Source: Vitrella brassicaformis CCMP3155
Taxonomy: Eukaryota > Protista > Chromerida
DNA: 64,000 bases
Assembly (NCBI GenBank): GCA_001179505.1
Contig: CDMY01000312.1
Location: 62,317-126,316, forward strand
Direction of reading: 5' to 3'
Both the position numbers and the translations under genes were made by a program. Numbering within the stretch: position 1 is the first letter of the stretch; every line of letters starts with the position of its first letter. This document shows, in pieces, positions 26,762 through 39,207 of this stretch. The notes beneath the pieces were generated by a model, which was not told the origin of the DNA, made no database searches, and was given only the letters and a program-made list of their open reading frames with translations.

Positions 26762-28004
26762 CCCACCACAGCACACACACAGAGGCGGGAGGGGAGGGGG
26801 GCATTGTCTTTTGGCGCGGCACAGGTAGCAATCGTAGACGTAGACAGAGAAGCCTCGTGTAGATTTGGTGAGGCAAGAAGAGCGACAAACGAGTTGACGG
26901 TGGATTGGCCTGGAGATCTAGATGGAGGTGCCCGGCCAGTGAGTGGGATACCAGCGGCAAGTCAGACCGATTCACCTAGATAGGATAGATCGTAGGATGG
27001 CTTCCCAGAGAGTCAGAGAGTCAGACAGACAGACAGACCGACGGCCGGGTGCGTGCCGTGCCGCGTACAGGCGGCTGGCAGGCTAGATAGGCTGTGTGCA
27101 GGAAGGCCTGCATGCCTTGCCCACCGGCAAGCAGCGTGCCGCCCAGGTAGCTAGCTCACTGCTGCTGACTTTTGGCAGACGTGACGGACGTATGAGTAGC
27201 TTTAGTGTCATCTGTGCTGCTGCTGGCTGGTGTGCAGATGGGCTTGGGGGGGTGGGGAGGTGGGCTGCATAGACCATTGACGAATGACAGACAGCTCGAT
27301 GGCTTGGCTTCACGGCCAGATTCAAACACACATCTCACCACCACCACACACCACACACACCACACACACCAAGATGTCTTATGTCATAAAATGTCAATCG
27401 GATCGGTGTAGAGGCAACGAAACGGCATACGACACAAGCCATCAAGCCATTCCGCTAACGCGTGGATGGATGGATGGATGGAAACACACGCACCACGGAT
27501 GCAGCAAAACTGTCCCCCTCCTCGTCTGGGGTCTGGGGAACGGGGGGCGGTGGAAACACCATGTATGTGATGACAACTATACAGAAAGTCCCCCTGTGTG
27601 TGTGTGCGTGTGGACCCATTGCTGCAGTCTATAACAGGCAGGCACTGAGTGCTACAGCAGCCCCTCCACCAAGCTACGCATCTGTCCACTCTGTAGCTGA
27701 CCACCAGAGAGGGAGGGAGGCAGGAATCAGACAGACGTCGCACATGAGGACATGAGACATGACGTTCAGCAGCATCCATCAAGGTAGGAAGGAAAAATCT
27801 CACCCCGCCCAGGCCACGCCACGCCACGCACCCCCACACATGCATCGCATCGCACCCAAGGACCGAACGGACCATTGGCTGGCTACACACACCACACCCT
27901 CTCCCCATCTCCCATGTGAATATATGGCGGGCCGACATCACTGTCGCCGCAAAACAGCCCTTCCTCTCTCTCTCTCTGCCTCCATCCCCCCTCCCTCCAC
28001 ACGT

Positions 28005-28171
28005 TCATCTGTACCTTTTGAAGAGCACGGCGGCGTTGTGTCCGCCAAAGCCCAGGTTGTCGCTCATCGCGTACTCGAGGGGCTCGCTCACCTCAACCGC
28101 CTTGTTGGGCACGTAATTCAGGTCGCAGTCGGGATCTAACACACACACACACACACACACAACACAGGCAC

Positions 28172-28207
<36 letters not shown>

Positions 28208-29696
28208 CAACTCGTGTAAGCCAAGACACGCAGGTGTCTCCTTCCTTCTCTCTCTGTCAGTCACTGTGTGTGTGTACCCGGGTTCTCGTAGTTGATGGTC
28301 GGCGGCACCTGGTTAGTCTCGAGCGCCTTGATGGCCACCACCGCCTCGATGCCGCCCGCCGCCCCCAGTGTGTGGCCCGTCATTGATTTGGTCGACGATA
28401 CCAGCAGCTTCTTGGCGCCCTCCTCCCCTGATGGCACACAACACACGGCAGGCGAAACGAATGACACACATGAGACCGCACAGCTGTATGTTGGGTGGGG
28501 AGACAGACATACCGAATACTCTCTTGTAAGCGAGGGTCTCGAATTTGTCGTTGTAAGGTGTGGAGGTGCCGTGTGCGTTGATGTAGCCCACTTGGCTCTT
28601 GTCCTCCACACCACCGTCGGCCAGACACTGCTCCAGACACCTCGCAAGACCTGCATACACACACACACACACTTACACAGACATGGATGCCAGCAGGTAG
28701 AGAAAGGTTCTCACCCTCTCCCTCTGGATGAGGTGCGGTGATGTGGTAGGCGTCGTCGTTGGCGCAGTAGCCCGCCAGCTCGCAGATGATCGGCGCCCCC
28801 CTCTTGATGGCGCTCTCCTCACTCTCTATGACTATCACACCAGCACCCTCACCCATCACAAAGCCTGACCTGCACACACACACACACACACACCTTCCAC
28901 ACACGAGCGCGCACACACACACGGGCTTGTATGATGCATGATTGTGGTTACACACATGACCTCTTGGCGTCGAATGGCCTCGATGCGGCCTTTGGCTGGT
29001 CGTTCCAGCCGTTGGCCATGGCCTTCATGTTGTTGAAGCCCGCGAAGGACAGCGGCGTGATGGACGCCTCGGCGCCGCCACAGATCATGATGTCCGCCTC
29101 GTCATTCTGAATATACCGCATTGCGTCACCTATCGCATGAGCACCTGCACACACACACACACACACACAGACATCCAAGCAGTGGGTGTGAGGGTGTGGG
29201 TGCGTGTGCCACTAGTCCACCGGTTGCGCAAGCAGATGCGATGCCGTAGTTTGGCCCGCCCGCGCCGATTTCGATGGCGATGAGGCCGCTGGCGGTGTTG
29301 AGAATCATTGCTGGGATGGTGAAGGGCGACACCTTCTTGTGACCCTTGGTCATGAAATTGTCCTTCTGCTGCTCAAGGGTCTCAATGCCGCCAATACCTG
29401 GCAGGCAACACACGTTGACACACACACATGCATCACCAGATGTGTGTGTGGCCACCGTACCAGATCCCACGAGGACGCCCACACGTGACTTGTCGACTCC
29501 CTCCAGCCCATTGGGGTTGAGCCCCGCCCCCTCGACAGCCATCTTGGTCGCCGCCATGGCGTAGTGCACAAACCGGTCGTTACGCTTGACCTCCTTGGCA
29601 TCTTTGAAATAGTCCTTCGGCTCAAACATGCCGGGCAGAATCTCGCAACCCACCTGTCACGTCACACATGGATCGGAATGCATGACGCCGTGTATG

Positions 29697-29728
<32 letters not shown>

Positions 29729-30133
29729 GTTTCCTCACCCACCCACCTGGCAGGTCATGCCTTCAGGGTCGAACCTCGTGACCTTGTCGATGCCGCTCTT
29801 GCCCGCCACAAGGTTCGACCAGAAAGGGTCCACACCCACTCCCACGCCATTCAGCACACCGAGACCCGTCACGACAACCTTCTTCTTGTTGGCCCTGTCA
29901 GCTGTCATTCGCAGAGACGACGATGCACTGGAGAGCGGCCGCCTTCGCGCATTGCGCAGGAGAGGCAGTGAGTCGACGAAAGCTGCGTTGGCCGCTGCCT
30001 GGAACGGGGAGCGGCGCATCCTGTCGAGGCCTTCGGTGCGGACAAGGTCCATCAGTGATGTCCACAGGGCGGCGATGAGGCCCAGCAAAGGGCCGATGCC
30101 GATGGGCGTCAAGATGAAACTGCTTAGCTTCAT
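28005..30133 (-). CDS. fabF: 3-oxoacyl-[ACP] synthase II (type II fatty-acid synthesis), plastid-targeted type, 8 exons
   Basis: [21 protein letters not shown] (catalytic Cys), [43 protein letters not shown]; N-terminal hydrophobic signal-like plus basic transit-like extension. Confidence 0.95.
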
Positions 30134-30240
30134 TCTGCAGAACGAAGGACACTGCCTGGACGCCTTTGGAAACGGGACGTTGCAGATCTCTGGAAAAGCT
30201 CGCACAGGCAGGCGCGCGCGGGGGAGAAGAAAGGAGTGGC

Positions 30241-32288
30241 ATGGGCCTTGCGTTGTCACTCATCGTGTGTGTGGTTACGCTGTCAGCCCATTGTGTTGAT
30301 CTCGATTCATCGACAGCCCTGTCCTTTGCGATGCATCATCCGCTGGTCTCGAGGATGGAGAGGACGCCGCACTCACGGCTGAATGCAGCCAAGAAGGCTC
30401 GTGTGAGGAGATCTGAGCCGAAGAAACCGCGGACTCGGAGAGGCGATGGCATTGACGAGCTGCCGTTTTCGTCTGAGTACCACACACCGGTGCTCTGCAA
30501 TGAGGTGAGGAAGATCAAGTGCACTTCACGTTGATGTGACTGACGGTCGTCACATGACCGTGTGTCTGTCTGTTCGCGTGTATCTTGCTGTCTGTTGTTC
30601 TGCAGACGGTTGATCTCTTGGTGTGGGACTCAGATGGTGTGTACGTCGACGGCACGATGGGCGGTGGCGGGCACAGTGCGGCCATCCTCTCTCGGCTCAC
30701 GGCAGGCGGCCGCCTCATTGGCATAGACCAGGACCCAGCTGCGATTGAGGTTAGCTAAGTGGCTGGCTGGGCCGATGATGTGACGCACGAGCCTGTGTGT
30801 GTACCATCCTCCCCGCCTCCATGCCATGGCTGTCGTCTTCAGTTTTCGTCGCAAAGACTGTCGGATGATGTTGAGAGTGGCAGGTTTCTGCCCGTGCAGG
30901 GCAACTTCGGCGACCTGCCGGCCATCCTTGACTCTGACAATGTGCGACACTTCCTCAGATCCCACAGCGATGCCGGCCCACCACCGTTGATCAGCGGGTA
31001 GGATAAGAAGAGCACGGCGGCCGCTCACACGGACATGTCAGTCATGGTTGATTGCCTCGCTCTCTCTCCCCCCTCTCTGTCTGTGTGTCTTTGGCGTGTG
31101 CAGATTGTTGTTGGATTTGGGAGTGTCGTCTCATCAGCTGGACGACGGCGATCGGGGGTTCAGCTGGGGCAGGGAGGGCCTGCTGGACATGCGCATGGAC
31201 AGGAGGGGCGCAGGGGAGACCGAACCAAGCGACGAGAGCGGGCTGTCGGCATGGCACGTAGGCAGCCACACCGGTGGATGGATGGATGGATGGATGGACG
31301 AACGGGTCACCTCTGTCTTTTTATGTGTGTGCTGCAGATTGTGAATGAGTGGTCTGAGGGGCTTATCGAGGACGTCATCCGGGACTTCGGCGAAGACCCG
31401 AGGGCAGCGAAGATCGCGTCAAGGATCGTCCAGGTCTGTCTGTCTGTCTGCTTATCTGTCCCGCATCCCTTTGAGTGCGTATCTATCTGTCGGTGGCTGG
31501 TGGGCGGATGCAGCACCGCCAGCAGCACGGCCCTATCGAGAGCACCAGCGACCTCACGAGCGTCGTGCTCAGGTGCTGCTCCCCAGTGCCAGCAGACCAG
31601 AAGAAAACCCTTTCGCGGGTCTTCCAGGTAGGCCACATGCCTTCTCATCTGCAGCGGCCTTCTTGGTGTGTGTGTGTGTGTGTATTGTGTAGGGTCTGCG
31701 GATAGCTGTCAATAGAGAGCTGCGTGTGCTGGAGGACGTCCTCATGGCGGCAGCGGCGCTGATGAGGCCTCGTGGGCGGCTAGCGGTGGGAGAGAGAGAG
31801 AGAGAGAGAGACCAGCTTGACGGCTGCTCTGCCTGTGCGACCGTCCAGGTGCTGGCGTATCATTCGCTGGAGGATCGGCGAGTGAAGCGTGTCATGCGCA
31901 CCGGCGCCCTCGACGTACTTTATAAGAGATCAAGCAAGCACCACACCGCTCTGTGCGTGCTGTTGCCTGGCTGTGTGCATCAGGCTGACGACGATGCTGC
32001 GGGAGTTGCTGAATCGCCATGGAAGCCACTGACGGTCGGTAGGCAGCACGACACATACACACACGTCCATCCCTCCATCTATATGTGTGAGTGTGTGACT
32101 GACTGGTGCTGTCGGTCACATCAGAAGGCCATCAAGGCAAGTGAGCAGGAGATATCGCTCAACCCCAGGTGGGCGCGGCGCACAATGGACGCAATCGACG
32201 TACAGCACCACACCTGAACAAAATGGTGGGTCTCTGCGCTTGCAGAGCTAGGAGCGTCCGCCTCCGTGTGGCCGAGAGACGGCACTAA
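30241..32288 (+). CDS. rsmH: 16S rRNA m4C1402 methyltransferase RsmH/MraW, with bipartite leader, ~10 exons
   Basis: [87 protein letters not shown]; TAA 32286-32288. Confidence 0.93.
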
Positions 32289-32720
32289 TCCCGAGCGTTG
32301 TCGATAGCGACACACGTGGATGGTGACATACGCACGCACATGGGTGGCGTAGCGTCCAGATGGCCGTGCCGACTTTGTGGATGGATGGATGGACGGATGG
32401 GCACCCGTGTGTGTGTGTGTGGGTGTCTATAGCTTGCCTGCATGACGGGTGGTATCCGAACCCACTCAAAACCTTCATGCGCCATCCATTCATTGTAAGC
32501 AGACATCATTTGTATGGCGTCAAAAGATTTGCGCGTCCACTCTGTGCAAACACACACGACATGAGCACTCGAATTACTTCCATGACCACACGGCGGCACA
32601 GCCATCGACATGAGAGACATACATAGATGTGAAGAGCAGAAGGCCTGCCTCATGCAGTTAACCTATTCATGACTGCACGGTGTACTCAGCCATCAAAGCA
32701 ATTCCCACCGCCTGACCCTT

Positions 32721-34140
32721 CTAACTCTGAGGTCCACCGCCACCCACTGACCCACCCGTCCCCAACTCGCCCCCTCCCAACTCACCGTCACACGAGGGGA
32801 ATCGGGTGACAGTGGACTTCCTCGCCGTGAAACGGCCGAAGGGTACGAATTCTATCGTCAGGTCCCCGAAGAGTGTGTCCTCGTCGTCGTTGCCCAGCAG
32901 CTGGCGGGCCAGCTGGAGGGTCTGGGGGAAGCGGAAGGGGCCCTCCTGATCGGGCTGCGGCGTCTCTGTGGTGTAGAGGTCGATCGTGGAATAGTGGGCG
33001 AAGCGCGTTATCATGATGCGGGCGGCGAAGGTGTCGCTCTGGCCCTCTCCACAGAGGTAGATGGAGCCGCTCCGCCGGCCGTCGTCGTCGATGCTGAGCA
33101 GCCTCGTCTGGCGACCCCAGGGGATGGCGGCCTGCAACACAAGGAGGTGCGTTAACGGAGATAGCCATCTGTCGAGCCACGCCATTAACCTACTTGGGTC
33201 AGCAGTTCGGCAGCTCGCTGTGTCTGAGCCTGTGCTCCCCTGTTGGAGATGAAGCGATGACACATCCGCTGCTCCTCGGACGGAAAACTAGGCAGACACA
33301 CACAGATCGTCCACAAGGTGGAGAAGTGGCTCCATGGCTGGTGTCGCCTTACCGCTTGACGACCAGCTGTCTGAAACTCATGTGATCCACCTCGTTGTTG
33401 ACTGATGGCAACACACACGGACACAATTGCACCCGTCATCGCCCACACATGAGCTCTTCTGATCGGCCATGTGTATCGTCCCTCTCGCTCTCACCTCTGA
33501 CGATGGGGTCCGTCGGGTCGAACGAAGTGGCGAACTCGTGGCCGGCGGGGAGGGTCTGCTGTGTGTAGACGGTCACCACCTCCTCGCCCAGCTGCTCGAT
33601 GCCGTCGATCTGTCTGAGGGCCACCACCCCATCTTGCCCCAGCAGGTGGCCGAAGAGGCTGTACTGCTTGAGGCTGTCCGCCCGGCCGTCAAACACCGCC
33701 TTGGACCCCACACGCCGCACGTCCGCCGGCCTCACAGTGATGGGCAGCGACTCGACCAGCCGTCCGTGTCGGGCGATGCGCAGAGGGCCCATCCACAGAC
33801 CCCACTGCCCGCCATCCTCCAACACGCACAGCAGCTGCATCAAGTAGGCCATCCGCGGCATGGCCTCACCATCGCCCGGCTGGTAGCTGGCGTCGAAGGT
33901 CAGCACGCCACCTATCTGCTGGTCGGTGATGCACCGGTTGATGCGCTGGACGAGGTAGTTGTCGGTGAGCTGCTGTGTGGCCACGCGGGAGGTCAGGCGG
34001 AGGGCAGACAGGTCCGCTGCAGTCGTGAAGTCCGCCACCGCACTGCCCGCCTCATCAAGCACCTTGAGGAAGAGGGAGGGGGAGAGTGAGGCCGCCGAAG
34101 CAGCTGATGACGCGCCCTCTGTGCGGGCACGCTTCGTCAT
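32721..34140 (-). CDS. lineage-specific family protein with F-box-like N-terminus (copy 1, intact), 4 exons
   Basis: LFLKVLDEAGSAVADFTTAADLSALRLTSR resembles an F-box. In-phase exons; close paralog at 62131-63515. Confidence 0.6.
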
Positions 34141-34722
34141 CACGCCACCTTGTGTGTTTGGGACATATTCGTGTCAGATCTTTTACTGCGCCAACGGCCG
34201 TCAACCGCAGCACTGCGGTTGAGGGTTGTACCAGAGAGGGATGCAATTATAGAGCCGCCCTCGACATGCGGGTGATGAAATAAGACGCAATTCAAGAATG
34301 AGCGCATCTCAAAGATCTCCAAATATTTCTTCCAGCCTGACAAAATAGTGAGGAGCCGTTCTGTCGTCGTCCGCCCTGAGGGGGGGTGCCCGGGTAGAGG
34401 TTCACCCCGAGTGCGAGCCGAGGAATAAAGAGGAAAAGAGAGGAAATCAAAAATGAGAATGAGGGAGAGAAAGGCGATGACTGAGAGCACCAGAACGAAC
34501 CCAGGTGAGGGGAAGCACTGTCGAGCGCCGGGTTCTACTTGAAGACTAGTCACATTCATGAGGCAATTTGTTGCTTCCTGTGTCCTTCCTTCTGGGCGCT
34601 TCAGATGACAGTCCGCTGTCACAGGGCGAAAGCAACGGAGGAGGGCTTCACCAGGTGAGTGCACCCACGGTGAGGGGTTTCTCCCAGTACGAGCAGAACA
34701 CACACATTCATTCATTCATTCG

Positions 34723-35970
34723 ATGGTATCCCTGTTTTGTCTGCAGCTTTGTGTTGAAGAGCCGATGCACTCGACACACCGCAAGAGAGGGCGAGAGGGG
34801 TCAGTCAAGCAAACACCAGTCGCCCGCCCCCGACGTGAGCAGAAACTCCCTTCTCGCTTCTGCAACGACCACATCTTCTCGTTCGAGGGCTACAGCGCTC
34901 CCAAGACCAAGGCCAAGAAGCCAGCAACTGAGGCGGAGTCACGCCGGACACGTGGCAAAGCAACGAGTATGGAGTGGGAGGGGCCCCCGGGTTTGGAGGA
35001 TGCACTCGACATGATGGGCGAGTTTGACGACCTGCTCACGCTCGAGCCTCGCCGCAAGACCAAGCGAGCGGCCGGCAAACGCGTCAGAGCAAAGCCACCG
35101 GCCCCGGCCAGTCGGCGCATCAAGAAGAAGACGCCCCCGGGTGTCATCAAGAAGGTCAACAAGGAGGATGGGATCGTTCCTGGCCCGCCCATCCACAAGA
35201 AGGCCGCCAAGAAGCCTGCCGCATCCGATGACGCGCTGGCCCGCAAGCTGGACAAGCTGTTTGCCCAGGCCAAGGAGGACCAGCGCAAGATGTGCATGGC
35301 CCTCGACGCCGGCTCCCGCCCCAGACGCAGAAGCCCATCCAAGCGCTTCACGGCCGACGGCCGCGAGCGGCGCGTGCCCACGTCACAGCGCTTCTCGTCG
35401 GACACGGAGGCGCTCGATCGGCTGCTGGACGACCACCTGGAGGCTGACGGCACCCCCCGGTGCGGCGTCAAGAGCCTCATGTCCAACGCACGCGGGGCTG
35501 TCTACCAGGCGTGTTTGTCGCGGGGCTACCGTGCGCCCGTCAAGATCGTCTCGTCGGGCGACGCCGGCCTGTGTGTACTGGCGGGCAAGGACCTGGAGAA
35601 GGGCGAGTACGTCTGTGAGTACGAGGGGGAGCTGGTGACGGAGGCCACGGCCAAGGAGAGAGAGCAGCAGTACGCTCAGATGGGCAAGGGGTGCTACATC
35701 TTCACGTTCAGCCTCAACAACAGCCGCTGGTGCGTCGACGCGACCGACGACAGCATGGCGGCAGCGTGGGGGCCGGGGCGGCTGGTGAACCACTCGATCA
35801 CCCCCAATCTGGTGGGCCGGGCCTACCTGGACACCAACCAGTCGCCCCCCAAGCCCCGGCTGTGCTTCGTGTGCCGCCAGGACGTCGACAAGGGCGATGA
35901 GCTCCTGGTCGACTACAACGAGCGCGACCCTCAGGCCGTCAAGGCCTTCCCGTGGCTGCTCAGTAGCTGA
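34723..35970 (+). CDS. SET-domain lysine methyltransferase, PR-Set7/SETD8 (H4K20me1)-like; start uncertain
   Basis: GLCVLAGKDLEKGEYVCEYEGEL, CYIFTF, CVDAT, GRLVNHS, GDELLVDY and the SET8-type tail ERDPQAVKAFPWL; basic N-terminal region. Confidence 0.85.
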   Translation: MVSLFCLQLCVEEPMHSTHRKRGREGSVKQTPVARPRREQKLPSRFCNDHIFSFEGYSAPKTKAKKPATEAESRRTRGKATSMEWEGPPGLEDALDMMGEFDDLLTLEPRRKTKRAAGKRVRAKPPAPASRRIKKKTPPGVIKKVNKEDGIVPGPPIHKKAAKKPAASDDALARKLDKLFAQAKEDQRKMCMALDAGSRPRRRSPSKRFTADGRERRVPTSQRFSSDTEALDRLLDDHLEADGTPRCGVKSLMSNARGAVYQACLSRGYRAPVKIVSSGDAGLCVLAGKDLEKGEYVCEYEGELVTEATAKEREQQYAQMGKGCYIFTFSLNNSRWCVDATDDSMAAAWGPGRLVNHSITPNLVGRAYLDTNQSPPKPRLCFVCRQDVDKGDELLVDYNERDPQAVKAFPWLLSS

Positions 35971-37118
35971 CCGACCGACCGACAAAGGAGAGGGAGGGAG
36001 GGAGGGAGGGAGGGGGACACAACAAGGGCAAGGGAAGGTGTGTGTGTGGGGTGGGTGGGTGCGTGAACGGCATGCATGCCCCCGCTGGTGGGGATGGGGC
36101 GTGAGCTAGTTTAAACGGATGGATGGATGGATGGATGGTTGGGCGCCCGTCATGAGCATCTTTGACTGACTGGATTCTATGCCAGCCTGCTGGGGGGTGG
36201 TTTGGCATGCTGGACGAGTACGTTCGTACGTCAGATGGACGGGTGCCGACTGGCAGGCAGGGGCGGCGATCTGTACGTTAGTTATGTGGTGTTCGCTGCG
36301 TGTCGAGATGTGTTGCGTGGGTCACCTCTCCCCGGTGTGGACGCGTCGGGGGCGTACCTACGTCACCTAGAGACGAGCCCGCAGACTAGAGAGATGACAC
36401 GCACACGCCCAGACACTTGGGTGAGCGAATGGCGACGGAGAACGACTGGCTGGCGCTGGCTGGGTGCATGCCGTGTGGCGATGAATGATTGCATTGGATT
36501 GGAATGGAATGGAATGCAATGCCTGTGTGTGTTCACTATCCATATATGTAGCTGCACGCGATGCACGCGCCAGTCAGTGAAGTCAGTTGGCACATGTACT
36601 TCTACCTACCCTACCTCAGTATTTGTTACGCGTTACTTGCTCTCAGAGGCACCTACATGCAATTGCACGTGTGTGAATTTGCAACTTGTACAGCGGCGGG
36701 CGAGGGAGGGAGAGAGGGGGAGAGCTGCTGTCGTGTTAGCCGTAATGTACCTGACTGCCTGCCTGTCTCCCTGCCTTCGTCGAAGCCCTGAACGAGACAA
36801 AGACTGCCTTACTGCCATACTTAACACTCCAGCTGTGATGAAAATATCAATTAGCCTTGAGTCAGAATCATATGTCTGATCTACGGCTTAGCGTCAGATG
36901 ACAATCCACAGACCGCACGTGCCACATCAACCGCATGCACCTGTACACGCACTTGTGTACCGACCGTACCCAGCATGCATACCAACCAGAAGGCTATACA
37001 TCACATCACATCAAATCACATCCTAGCTAATCATCTGTCCGACTGACTGACCCACCGACCGACCCATCATGATCACAGCGTTAGTTATCGACAAAACAGA
37101 CGCGCACGCAGCCTAGGT

Positions 37119-38940
37119 TTAGGCCAGCTGTGTCTCTCTCTCCATGAGCCTGCTCAGCCGCCTGCTGGCGATGGCGGCCCCCACGTAGACATCGGCATGG
37201 GCGCTGACCACCTCCTGGTAGCTCCGCGACTCAACCTCAAGGTCTCGCGGATACCCACCGCCCATCGTCACCACCTGCACACACTCATCCACTCGGATGG
37301 CATGTGTGTCTCGTGCAAGAGTGTCTCTCTCTCTCTCTCTCTCCGTGTATATGTGCGTGTGTGTCCTTACCACGGGCACTGGTGTGTGTTTGTCTGTCAT
37401 GGCCATCTCGTAAACGAGGCGGTTGCGGGTCTGCAGGCCTCCTCGAGAAAGGCTGAGTTTGCCAAACCGGTCGGTTTTGAGACAGTCCACACCCGACTGA
37501 TGGATGGGAGGGAACATGATTGCATCCACACAAACATGCACACATGGATTCTCTTGCCATCACTCACTCTTTTACTGACTGACCTGGTAGAAGATCAGAT
37601 CGGGTCTGAACTCCCGCACGATGTCGGGGAGGGTCTTGGCCAGCAGAGACAGATACGCACCGTCACCAGTACCTGAATGAAACACACACCAACGAATCGA
37701 ATGCATGTGTGGGCCACAAAGGCACAGGCATGCTTCTCTGCACCCTCCGGCACTTCAATGTCCACGTGGCTTGCTTCTTTGGGAGAGAAGTAGTTGGCCG
37801 TGCAGTGCACCGACAGCGTGAACACATTGCTCTGGTCCTGGAACAGCACGGCATTGCCGTTGCCCTGATGCACGTCCAGGTCCACGATCAAGATGCGCTC
37901 AATGACGTCTGCATAGTCTCGCAGCGCCACGTTGGCGGCCACCGCAATGTCAGAAAAGGCGCAGAAGCCCTCCCCACGGTCACGGAAGGCGTGATGCGTG
38001 CCACCTGACACACACGCAGGCAGACACGCATAATCCAGTTTACGGATGCCTGTCGGGTCGGTGCATCTCTCTTCTGCTCACCTACCTGCGATGTGTCCGG
38101 CAAACAGCGGTCTGGTTGGCTCCTGCCCCTTCCTTTGCCGCCTCAGCGCCAGACAGACGTCGCGTGTGGCGGCCACCGTCCCTCCAACGGAACTTAGCGC
38201 CCTGTTGACGGACTCATGGCCCCTCGGGAAGCCAATGCGGCGGTACTGCATGGGGTCCAGCGACCCCTCACAGAAGGCCCGCACGTACGACGGGCAGTGA
38301 GTGGTGTGGAGGTCCTCGATGGAGGCCAGAGGGGAAGGGGCGAAGGAGGCCCATACGGCATTGCCCTGGTCTCGGCTGTCGGTGTTGGTGTTGGTGGTGC
38401 GTCCGAGGAGGCGCTGCAGCCTAAGCCGTACCTCTCGGTACTTGGCCTGAGAGTGCACACACGCATACAGATAGTCCGCCTGGCGGGACCAGCGGGAATC
38501 GGTGAATGCATTCATCGATTCACGAAGAGGTGGGTGCATCCATCGTATTATCTATCCTTCGTAAAGATGACTGACTCCGTCTGACTTCGTGGTGGTGTGT
38601 CGGGTCGGGCTTACCATCGGGAACTTGTGGTCGGGCGGCAGCGTCACTTCGAACAGATCTGCATCGCATTGCATCGCATCGCCCTCATTGCACAAACAGA
38701 CAGCCAATCCCCCCACAACCATGCGTCATGCGGATGCTCACCGTTGTAATAGAGGCTGAGGTAAGCAGGATAGAAGCCTGGCCTCGTTGCCGCTGCCCTG
38801 CGCACTTCTCTCGACGACCATCTGGCCGATTGTGGAGCCGCCGTCAGCTGGGATCTAGCAGATCTAGCATCCGCGAGCCCTCTGCCGACAGTAGCAGCCC
38901 AGAAGCTGCTCATCGCCGCCACCCACCCAAACCACGCCAT
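37119..38940 (-). CDS. Zn-dependent deacetylase of the histone deacetylase superfamily (bacterial/HDAC11-like), 6 exons
   Basis: HKFPMAKY, GGTHHAF..GEGFC, DLDVHQGNG, YQSGVD..DRFG, MGGGY all intact; TAA 37119-37121. Confidence 0.92.
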
Positions 38941-39207
38941 TCAACAGCAACCATAGTTGTGCACAAGATCTCGTCAAAGATGATCTCCGCCTTCGCAGAC
39001 TTCCGGCAACTGTGTTTCCCTCTCCGGTGCCTTCTTCCAACAGCAGCAGCTTCCTTGCGAGCGCGAGCTGTTCGTTGGTTGACTGGGATCGAACCGATGT
39101 GTTGGCGACTGATCTGAGCCTTCTCGGCTTCAGGCCGCCTTATTTGTGACCTCAGAGAAGAGATCTGAGGGAAATTGCCGAAGATGCAGCTCCTGTAGTA
39201 AGCGCGA

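Noticed and set aside
28005-32288. Bacterial contamination or operon (fabF, rsmH; also glnA)
   Set aside because: All carry multiple spliceosomal introns with host-type microsatellites.
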